In this document: positions 11,487-23,400 of the stretch, piece by piece | Numbering within the stretch: position 1 is the first letter of the stretch | How the letters are laid out: every line of letters begins with the position of its first letter | From: Squalus acanthias | Taxonomy: Eukaryota | DNA length: 64,000 bases | NCBI GenBank assembly: GCA_030390025.1 | Contig: CM059444.1 | Span: 41,106,001 to 41,170,000, forward strand | Direction of reading: 5' to 3' | Notes under the pieces: generated by a model | What the model was told of the DNA's origin: nothing | The model's input: the letters and a program-made list of their open reading frames with translations, nothing else | Databases searched by the model: none | Translations under genes and position numbers: made by a program

Positions 11487-14400
11487 GTACGTCTAAATTT
11501 TGTTATTGGAGAAACCAATTTGAATCCTGTAGTTCACAATTAGTAATTTCTGGGTGATGCAGTGATACAAATAAGCCAGGATGCTTTATTCTGTTCCATA
11601 TGGTACCAACGGTTCTGCTGGGAGCAGTGAATGCTTACATTTCTCCATTCTTGCCCCTCATGGCTTGCATCATTACTTGACCAAGAAAGGAAGTAACTGA
11701 TCTGTTGCTTGGAGGCATAAGTGAGTGCTGAAGTTTCCCATTTTTCAGATCCTCTCCTCCCATGGTGAAGCATCTTGTTAATACTCATGGCCTTCCTGAT
11801 GAAAATTACTACTTGATAGAAATTAGGAATTTTTGTCAGGAATTACTGGAACAATTCTGCATCCTACCACTTGAGTCTGCTTTTCCAATAGTTCTTTAAA
11901 TTAAACACCTATTTTATTTAAAAAATTTTGTACACTAATTTTTATGGATGTAAATACATGTAGAATCCAATGGATGATGGTCTAAGGGAGGAACTGGGTG
12001 GTGTACCGAGTTAGTCTCTTATTTATGTTTTCTTTGTTTGAACTTTGACTGCATTGTTGTGGAAACATAACCAATTACAAAGTACGAAAGTTACCAAAAA
12101 CTGTACCCTTGAATGATCCTTTCTCTGCATATTTTAATTGTACTATAGTTTGTAGAATTACTGAGGCTCTAAAGTAAAACTTTAGAATGTTTGTGATCTT
12201 GAATTACCTTGAATTGTTGCATTAAAAGGCTATTGTTTCTATAAACAGGAGATTCATCCTCAGCAAGATAAACAGCAGACAGCAACATGTGGTGGCTGTT
12301 GTGAGAAGTAAGTAATGTGACATCAGGTGTAATATTGTTAACTCTTTCAAACTCTTAAGGAGGAGGTAGTCTAGGGGAGTTCTTTTATTCAAACTACTCT
12401 TTCTTAGATTGAACAAAGATAAGGTAAAAATTCTGTTGACCTTTTTTAAAAAAAATGTAAGTTTTCTTCAAGAATTTCACATCTTTAATTGTCACTGGGT
12501 AACGTCCTTGTGTGCATCCATGACAAGCTATAGAGCTGCAACTACAGACTGCCTGAGACTTGAATCAGAGTTCCATAACCATGAAAAACCATGCACTCTG
12601 CCAAGTACTATGCAACTCCAACTGGCAGCATGGTTTTTTTTGAGTTACACGTGTGCAGATCAACTTTTAGTTGGGTCTGAAGTTCTTGTTAGTATTGTGC
12701 CCAATGCGGGTTATCCCTGTTGATGTCAGAGAGTAGCCAAACAAAGATAGAGCAAGCATCTCACGTTTCCCTGCAAATAAGGAAACCAATATATTTATCT
12801 ATATAGTTTTTAACCATAAAATGCGGTAGTACAGGTATCCAAACTTCCCTTTAAAGGAATCCTAGCAAAGAGGCTTTGTGGTAAGCAAATTACAAATAAA
12901 ATAAGAATGGCGCAAACTAGGATTAGATTCATGTTCCTGCAGTGCACATGGCCTTAACATATGACATTTTTTGATTATTTTCCTCCAAACAGTATATATT
13001 CTGATGCTGCTTCAGGAAAAGAGATGAGTGATGGATACGAAGGAATTCAAACCAGTGGGAAGCAGGAGAGCAAAAGTTCGAGGAAGCATCACAGGAGGTC
13101 TACACGCACTCGTTCACGTCAAGAAAAGGCCAATAAGCCAAAGCTGACTATTCTTAATGTGAGTATTTGAAAACCTTTTTATGTTAAAAAAAAAAGCATG
13201 ACCTGACAGTTAGTAGATTGAATTATCTTAAATGCACAACTGATATTCACTTCCTTACAGGTGTCGAATGTTGGAGATAAGATGGTAGAATGCCAACTGG
13301 AAACTCATAATCACAAAATGGTAACCTTTAAATTTGATTTGGATGGTGATGCTCCAGATGAAATAGCAAATTACATGGTAAGTTTTATAATTTAAAGAAA
13401 TATGTGAAAATGTAACAATTGGATTTGATTTACTGAAGTAAACATATTTCATCAAAATGAAAAATGGAACCAGCAATTTTAAAAAGATATTATTTTGTAA
13501 TTCTTTAATAGGTGGATAATGATTTTATACTGGAAATTGAGAAGGAGAATTTCATAGAACAGATGAAAGATATAATGGATAAAGCAGAGGATATGCTTAC
13601 TGAAGAAACAGAGGGAGAAAGAGGCTCTACTCATAGTACAGGTTTTCAACAAGTTGCTGGCAAGCCTGAGAGTGAGGGTCAGGTATGTAACTTATTTTGT
13701 TACACTCTTGATGTTTCACTATATTCTAAATAATCAAGTCATACCATTTGACTTCTCTGAAGAGTCATCTCTGATAGTAAATGGGTAACTTGTGATTGAT
13801 AAATTCATATCCAGTAAAAAAAAAATCGTAAAAAATCATTTTTTGATCTAGCATGCTCGTTGCTGGAAGAAAAAGTCTATTAGTATATGCTGCTGTTTTC
13901 CCAATTTGTTTTAAAATTCCAAGCGTAGTATTACCAAAGTATCATCTATGTACATTTGGACTTGGGATGTTCCCTCTAATTTTTTTTTCGTGCGCCGCCC
14001 CTTTAACTGGTTATGTGGCCCATTCAAATTTTCGTGCACACGCGGTTTCTCCCATGTAAAAGCTGGTGAGTGGCCTGCGCGGGACCTCCAGACCACTGCA
14101 CGGCGACGTGGCCACACAGCGTAGCAGAAATGTTATGTTCATGTGTTCTCAGAGCTACGTGACATTATTTGTTTAAAACTCCATTCAGGTATTTTAATTA
14201 TAGTAGCAAACTAGGAATATTGCGGTTCAATTCAGCATTACAAATTTGGAATGAATTACAACTGTTTTAAATCTAAGATTCTAAGCAACAAAAAACACAA
14301 TTTTACTCGGTCATAGTAAGTTATTTGGTAAGACAGTGGTACAAAGAAATAACTGATTTAATCTATGTAAATTTAGTTGTAAGTGATCATTGCAGTGAAC

Positions 14401-17400
14401 GTTTTAGGTTTCTTTTGGTTTGTGTTCCCTGTCTGGAGCCTGAAATGAAATAATTCTAGAGTAATTTTCCATCTCTTGGATTTTGGGAGGCATTCAGAAA
14501 ATGCAAATAATCTGTTGGCAGTGATCTTTTTGTAAATATGATTTTGATGTTTTACACATCACGTTGTTTGCTCCAGGAAGTTTGTATGAAGTTGGGTCCT
14601 GCATTAGAAAGATAAATAGCTTGAGCACATAGTACTTTATGTTCCTGTAGGTTCTAGTCTAATGCTTGTACCATTTTCCCTGTCACTTTGCAGATGCCAG
14701 CTTCTCAACAGTGCCAACAGAATGGTGAGCAATGTACATATTTTCTCCTATTGAAAAACTAAACATATAGTTTATGTGTTTTGTTATTTATTTTGAGTGG
14801 GATCAGTATGTTTCAGAAATGCTGCACGTCTGGACAATCAAGTAACTTTGGTGGTGGTGGTTGATTTCTAATCACAATGTCATGAATTTGATTTCACTCC
14901 AACTTCCTTGTCTTAGTTGGGTTTGTTTTATGAATTTGTTAATTGATAAATAACTGCTGATCACAGTGCTGAAGATCGCAAATTATATGATCACCAGTAT
15001 AAATGGAAGAGGCATCCAAATAAAGGCCAGTAATTAATTATATATATAAAATAATAATTCATTATCTGAGGAATTGAGAATGGAATTGAAAAGTCTGTAA
15101 TCATCAGCGAACAACCCCACTTCTGACCTTATGATGGAGGGAAGTTCATTGATGAAGCAGCTGAACATGACTGCACCTAGGACACTGCCCTGAGGAACTC
15201 CTGCAGTGATGTTTTGGATAATGAAGTGGCAATGCTTGGAAAAAATTCACATTGACCAACTACAGTGCAGAACTCTGCCAACAGTGGATTTTCTTTCCTC
15301 CTCGGGTGTTTCTGGTTGGAATCATTGTTAGTCCTGCGTGACAATCTTTCGGATTTGCTTTGGAACAGCTTCCTGTTTTTCTAACTAACATCAGTGGAGT
15401 GACACTCTCGTGTGAAGAGACACTAGGAATTCGGGGGGAATCAATAATGAAAATATTTCAACCACGTAGTAGTCTGGCAATTATTTTGTTGTGATTGCAG
15501 AAGTACTTTTCTTTACCCATTTCTCCTCCTCCACCACACCTCCCTGCCCCCGCCACACAAAACTGCAGTCCTGAGGTAAACAATTTTGTTATAGACCATA
15601 GCAGAGAAACAGGCCATTTGACCATCAAGTCTATGCTGGTATTTCTGCAGAAGCCCAAGATTGCCCCAGAGCATACACTCATTTATGTTATTTGCAGAAT
15701 AATGAACAGAATCCTCTAATTTGATTTCCAAAGCACCAGTAAAAATCTCTCCATACACACTGAATTTGACTAATTCAGTCAATGTAAATCAGTGGTACTG
15801 CTGTTATTCCCAACATGGCATAAGCACCCCTATTGATGTAAAACTCTGCCTCCCAGCTCGCTGTAGGAACATAGCAGGAGCAATGCCAAAGAAGATCTGC
15901 TAGTAAGATGGTAAAAGTCTTGAGTATAGTGTACTTCCTGTAAGTGCTCCCTGTCGTACTTCAGCCATCACATTTGGTTGATTTGGGTGAAAATGAAACG
16001 GAAGCAAATTGGAATTCAAGAAGTAGGGAACCATACAAATGAAAAGCAAGGCGTGTGACTAGAAAAATCAGTGGCCCTAATGTTGCATTGTGTGGCATAA
16101 CATTCCTCTGTTATAAAACAGCATTCCGCCACAGGAAATCTATGCTGTATCAGATGACTGTGACTAATGTAGCGAACAGCCTCTCTAAGGTGGTAGAGGA
16201 ATGCCTCAAAATAAAATAGAGCTGGAATACCTAGTTAAAACTAATATTGTTTTGATATTACAGTTCATGTAGTGTAGTTTAAAGTGATGAACAGCTAAAT
16301 TCTAATGCACTGTTTAATTGTTTTAGTATTGCATACTGGCCGAAGATGGTTTATTATATGTCCAGTTGTGGAGAATCTTACAACAAAACTGTCAGAATCT
16401 GCACTAGACATTCCTTCAACTCGACCACAGTCAACTTCTGCTCTGGGTATGATTTAAATTTTTATAACTGTTGCAGTTGTACGGTTTGAAACGGAAGTAG
16501 AGAAACAAATTTTGGCTATTTTATCAAGATGAGGAATTAGTCTCCTAAAATAAATGATAACTGTTCCTCAAAATGTGACATAGAAATTGCTTACATGCAA
16601 GTCCCTTAAATAATTCAACATTTGACATCTCATTTAGATTATTGTGGTCTTTAATATTAACATTGATAGTATTTTAGTATTTACTACTTTTTAATATTGA
16701 TTATGCATTGTACGTTTAAGATTAACTTGACTGAATAGATGTGGAATGAGTCAATAAATTAGGTTTTAGGAACAGGTGTTCTAATTTAACAGTTCATCTA
16801 AATTTGCAAAAACATTCTTCATCAGTAATACCTTTTATATTCACTTTTTCAGAAGCAGAAATTGGAATTGATGATGAGCAAGTGGATTCTATAGCAACAC
16901 AGACATCCGCTGCAATGACTTCACTCGCTGCTAATGATACCACTTCTGGACATCACATTGCATCTCCACCTTTGGTACCACTGCTGTCTAATATTACTCA
17001 TCCAACAAATTTGCCTGTTCAAGTAATGATGCCCCATGTTATTCCTACACTACCAATCCAGACAGAGGATCAGACTGGAAATGAAGCACAACAGAACAGT
17101 CAGCAGATTCATGCAGCTGTTTCTAATGGATCAAATATTTCACTTCAAAGTCAGCTTGTAGTTCATGACCATTTAGAACTTCAATCTAAAACTGTCTGTC
17201 CGCTGCAGTCAGTAGAAGAACAATCAGATATGGTTTTTAGCCCCCCTACAGTTGTTGACATGCCATGTTGTCCAGTTGTTCAGCCTCTTCCCATCCAGTC
17301 AATATCTATCCAAACAGAACTTTCACTTCCTACTCAATCTGCTGAACCTAGTCCTATTCACAGCCTCGTCTTGGAGCACCAGCCTGTTCCGCAAGCCTAT

Positions 17401-20400
17401 GTGCCTGATGTTATCCCACAACCTGTTGTACTGCAGCAACCTTTTGCAAACCAGCTGCAATCAACCATGGGCATTTCTGGAACAGTAAGTAATACAGCAA
17501 TAGGTTCTCAGCCCCAAAGTCCTGCACAAGTAGTTCCAGGTGTTAACCAACAGTACCCAGCACAAGCACAGTCTCAGTCGATTACTATGACTGGTATTAG
17601 CAGTCAGCAACAGCTTTCACTTGTGGTTGAATCAGATGGTGAAGGTCCACGTAAAATTGATTTTGTAGATAATACAATAAAGAAGCTGGATGAAAAATTA
17701 CGTACTTTATTGTATCAAGAACCTGGAGGGATTCTCCCAGTTTATCCTGCTGCAGAGTCTTCTGAAACTGTTCCTATAGGAGAGGTGGGTTGCACAGAAG
17801 AGCTTTATTCTGAGCCCCTTGGTGAAGTCCTTAATGCTACACTTTCTGTGGCTGTTTCTGTACATGATGTAAAGAATATAGATGCACCTATCCATTCTGT
17901 TTTACCAATTACCCAAGTTCCTGTTCTGGGGTCACCGCCAAGCTTGCCCACTCTACCTGCAGATTTGCCAGAAGAAACTTCTCCTCAAGCTGTTGTTCTC
18001 AGCGAGGTTCTGTATCAGCATGTGACAGCACCAGTATTACCTGTGGTGAGAGACTCCATTTTGGCTTCTAAAACTGCAGAGACTGGATCCACTGATATTA
18101 ATGTAAGTCCTGTTTACTTTCTACTATGCCAAAAATGTTTTTGGAAGTTGATTTGCTGTTGAAATTTAAAAAAATTATCATTTCTAAAATGATAGAGAAT
18201 TTTTTTTTATAGCTACATACATAAACCTACTTTTATTTTGTATAATAAATCCCAGTAGATTGTTAGTTAGTATAGAATCAAATTTTCAACTAGGCTTTGT
18301 GTGCATTTGGGGCTGAGGGGGAAACACTATCTACCTAGCTAACGTATGATGCCAACTTTGTAAAGGAATATTCTCCCAGTTGCTTTCCTTCCATTTGTAT
18401 AATAACCTATTCATTTGTATGTGGATGAAGGGCAACATTGAAAGAATCAGGAACACCATATATAAAGTAGGTAATCAATCATTCCGGTTCTTGTTCTGCC
18501 CGCACAATCAAATACAAGTAATCTTCTTTTGTTTTAACTGGTGTCAAATTTTAAGAGGTTATCTTGAGTCGTAAATTTTGAAATTCCATTCCTGTGAAAA
18601 CAATACATGATTAAAAAAAATTTAAACTGACATTTGTTGTCCCAGTATGGATAAGCATGTGAAAACATGGGCTTAAAATTGATTATACGGATGAATATTT
18701 TGGTTGCTTGGAGTAGCTGGGCCATTTGAGAATTGCAATCCCTGGTTTGAATTAAATGAATAATCCCTATTTAGACTTTTCTACTTGTGGGTCTTTTTGG
18801 CTTATGATCTCTCTGTCCTCCCCCACCCCAATTCACAAATTGCATAAAGATCTCTTTCTGTAGTTTACTGTGTATGGATGAAGAATGGGAAGTCACTGAT
18901 ATACAGGAAAAATAACCCTAGCACTGTCCTTTCCTGAAAGAAGCCACACACTTGGCAGTAAATGGTGTAAGGATAACTATACATAAGCATATTTGCCAGT
19001 GGTTGACATTGTCTCGATGTAGTTGCTGTCTAGGTGGGAGTACATTTTATTTTATGGGGCATCCTGTTCAGCAAAGCTACTCCGAGTCAGCATAGTTGAC
19101 CTGGTTGATCTCCACCATAGCCATTGATCTGTGCTAGGTCACGGCTTTAAAATTTGTGTGGAAGACCTCCAGTCCTGTAACCGTCTTCCACATTACCAAT
19201 CTTCACTGTCTTTGACTGTTGCACAATTTCCCCAAGTGTGAAGTCTATTTTGAACTCCAAGCACAGCATCGCTGATTCAGCTACCTGTTCTGGCTGTCAG
19301 AACGTCCAAACTTAAAATGTCCTGATGTATAGACATTGGAATTTGGAAAACGATGCTTGTTCGACCCCAGGCTCAACAGGGAATCAAGTATGAGGAGGAA
19401 ATGTTCGTTAGGTTGCTTTCTTGGAGATGCACTGCAAAAAGATTCCCTGCAGTGCCCTCTAGCATTAGACACAGGCTGACATTTCAGTACTGAAATTCTG
19501 GCCATAGAGCTGACCTTAAGTCAGTTCAGGAACAGTCTGGAAAAGGACAATGAAAATGTGGACTGACATGACTGGTCCATTACATCACCAAGCCAGGCAA
19601 GATGAACAGTCTTTTCCAGTCCTATATTTTTCGCAAACCCATTCCCTGGTGCCCTGTAGCAATGCTGCATAGATATGGCAATAGTGCCTATGGTCTCTGC
19701 ATTTGTTAGTCTGTACGCATGGACCCTTCACTTGGAGGAACGTTATCTGGAGATAGACTGTTAGCTGTGTTCCAGAACAGGAAGCTACTGGAACTCTGCT
19801 TAGGTCCTTGGACAACAGAGCAGTAGCCCTTGGTAGTTTGTCAATCCTCTGTCTGGGGGTGGAGGGGGGGTGCGGGTTGGTTCCTATATACATTGCCTAA
19901 TTGCCAGTTCATCTTCATAGTATGGGTCATCCTGAAGATTTGGCTAGAGGAAGCACAATAACACCTACTGGCTGAGAAAGGCTTAGCTGTTGGAAAACTA
20001 GGGGGGCGATTTTGCCAGCCCTGGGGAGGCGGGACTGCCGGGAAAATGGCAGAATTTGGGGGCGGGTGCCCAACCCGCCTCCGTGCCATCTTCCTAGGAG
20101 GCGGGTAGCCGTCCTGCACCTGGTCCCATCTCCTTGGAGGCGGGAAGGGATTAAAGCCTATTAACTGACTGTTAACACGCCAGCTCAGTGAGGCGAGTAC
20201 TGGGTCTGCAGGGGTTGGGGGGTGGGGGTGCAAAAGTATGGTGTGATGGGTGCAAGAGTGGAGAGGTGAGTATCTGAGGTAAGTGCAACCTGTTTTTAAA
20301 AGTGTACTTGCCTTTGTTTCTTCTTGCAGGCTTCAGTCAGTTTGTATGCGGAGAGTCTCTGACCTCTGTTGCAGATGAGAGATGGCTGTTGCATTCTCAT

Positions 20401-23400
20401 ATGCAACAACCATCTCATTTCTGTAAAAGAAAGAAGGTTGATGAGGTCTTGAATGCAAAACCTCATCAAACTACAGAGAATGTCACTGTTTGACAGCTTC
20501 ACAGAGCTGTCAAACGTGACAGATGAAACGTCATACGTTGGCGTTCTCTGCAACCGGCTTTCCCTTAATTGGCCTGCTAAGCCCACTGGGCAGGCTTAAC
20601 AAGGTCAATCAAGGGAAAATAGCGTGGGTTGGCCACAAATTGATGGGAGGTGGGACATCGACCTGCCAAGCAGCAGTCCCGCCTCCAACGCACCCCCATT
20701 AACAAAATCGCCCCCAGAGTTTCAGTATTACCCTGTTCAATATCCTCAAGTGATCACATATCTCTGTCACCAGTTTCTTTCTAATTCATGATTCCTGAGA
20801 GCCGAGCAAGAGGAAATTGGTTTCCAAAAGTCACTTGCAGCAATGTCGCTAGCTTTGAGGAGAGCCTCAACCGTGAATGTTTACAGCTAAATGGTTTGTC
20901 CACTCTAGCTACAACCATCACTCCATCCGATGAAGTGCAAGGTACCAGCAATCATCTTGTAGTTTGACTTTGCTGGACACAGAGCTATTTCCAAACTTAC
21001 TGAAATTTCATACTGCTGTCATCTCTGGTTATCTATCGCTATCATCTAATTTGCTTACATTTCCTGCATTTTACCCCTCAAGAAATTGTGATGCAGAAAG
21101 TGTATCTACCATTCCCTTGAAGATGAAACACATTTCACCGTTTTAGGTATTTAAAATATGCATATTCTATCCAGGCATTTTTGGATCTGCATGCTCTTTT
21201 TGCATTATAGTAATAAAGCTTTAAATGAACCCATTTTAAACAGATTTTTGGAATATATTTTTGTTATGTTGCCTACCTCTGGGCCAAAAAAGCACCAGAT
21301 AAACCCTCAATTGAAATGTACTGATGATTGATCCGTGCTTGCAGTATTTAATCAGTATGGAAGCAAGGGAGGTTTGCATGACACACAAAATTACAAAAAT
21401 CAAAGCTGTTAAAGGGCCACCACCACCTTGATCTATTTTTAAACCTATTTGTTGATTAACCTATCTTAATGTATGTGGCAAATAATCTTCAAAGAATGAA
21501 GACCACCAAACTAAGGTAAGTAAGCTAACTTTTTTCCCTGTGGCACATAATAAAAACCAACAACACTTTATTTTATTTCAGGCAGAATTAAGCTTAATTG
21601 AAAGAAGAAAAAATATGCCTAATCTCATCCTCAGGATATCCCAAAGAATTTTGCAACCATGGGATTAATTTTGAAGTGCAGTCGCTGTTGTTGTTTGGGC
21701 AGACACACCAGCCAATTTGTGCATAGCAAGGCCCCACAAACGGCAAATGACAATTGGTCAGATATTGGCCCGGATTTCGCGTTAAGAATAACGGTGAGGC
21801 TATCAGCACTCACAGTTAAGGTGTAAATCGGACAGCAACTTCTGGCGCCTGTACATGCGCAGTAAAACACGGAAATCTGGAAGTTGCTGTCCGATTTACC
21901 CTGCTCCTCCACAAGCTTCACTACACCAGTACTTTGCCGAGAGACTCGGCATTGAAATACACGTAAATTCATGAAGTTTCTGTACGTACCCACTAGTTAC
22001 CTGCTAAACACCCCAGAAAAAGTTAGGGCTTATCCATTCAAGCGTAAGTGAATTTTTAATGGCGTGATCAGTCTTAATTACTGCCAAACAACATCTGTGG
22101 CACTGAAAATTAACTTTTAAAAATGTGGAGTCTCATTCCTTTAGATTTTAATTATTGTTGGAGATTTTATAAAAATTAATATAACTTTTTTTAACTTTTT
22201 CTTTGTCGCATCTCTCTCTCTCTCTCTCTTACTCCCATCTTTCTTTCCCTCTCGTTCATTTTCTGTACATGATTTTACATTGAATTAAATATTCTAACTT
22301 ACACTTCCTGGTTTAGACTCTGCATGTTTCAGTGAGGATTCTTCAATCTGATTGTTTGGAGAGACACACTGTTGCTTAACTTGTTCACACAGGTCCCAGA
22401 TACCCTGTAGAGGGCGCTGCGCTGTTTCAGACACCTGATGACCGTATGTTGCTGCTCAAAAGCCCATGAAAAGTCTGTGGGCCGCTGTAAGCGTAATGAA
22501 CGGCGTTCGCCGCTGATCCGCAAAATCCGGACCATTGTTTTTGGTGGTAGGGGTTGAGGGAAGAATGCTGTTCAGTACACCAGGGGAGCGCCCTGCTGTT
22601 CTTGGAATGATGCCATAGGATCTTTTACGCCCACCTGAGCAATGCAGATGACCTTGGTATAACGTCCCATACAAAAGACAGCACCTCCAAAAATGCGGCA
22701 TTCCCTCAGTACATAGTGAGTTTAAACCCACAGCCTTCTTACTGAGAGGTAGGAGTGCTACCAAATGAGACAAACTGACATTTAATTAATACTAACTGCT
22801 CTTGTATAAGAAACAAAATTAACTTGTACCATTTGTTAAAATATCTCTACAACATTTAATCTGACCCAGAATGCTCATCGAATCACAATTATGCATTATA
22901 GAATGTCAATTTCTAACAATTTTAATTTAGCTATTTGATACTCCATCAAAACTGAGTGCTCAGTCTCTTTTGTAACCCTGCAGTTATTTCAGAAACCCAC
23001 TGCACAAGTGATCACTAGGGGACTCTTGGGCTCTTGTGACCTTGGATAGCTTACTTACTGTTTGAATTCGGAACTGCTAATCAATGATCTGTGTAATTCA
23101 GTTTATTTAATTTTGTATATTGGCCACATGATGAACAAAGTCAATAGTTTTGCCTTTTAGCCATTGATGTTCTATATTGGAATAGTTTAATAGTCCTGTG
23201 TCTTTTGTGTTTATATTTTTATTAAAGAAAACTGGCTATGATTTATTCATAATTTTACACTAATTACACTCTTGACACATTTGCAGTTAAAATGAATTTC
23301 AGACAAAGATGATCATAACATTCTTGTAACCACAAGAGAATTTTAGATATAGAAAGATCTTAAATTCACATATATTTAATAGGATTATTTTACACTAAAA

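Noticed and set aside
11487-12992. Apparent phase conflict and a U12-like branch sequence (ccttaac, 12952-12958) suggesting a minor-class intron
   Set aside because: The 59-nt exon at 12249-12307 resolves the phase with ordinary GT-AG sites, and neither donor has the U12 RTATCCTT consensus.
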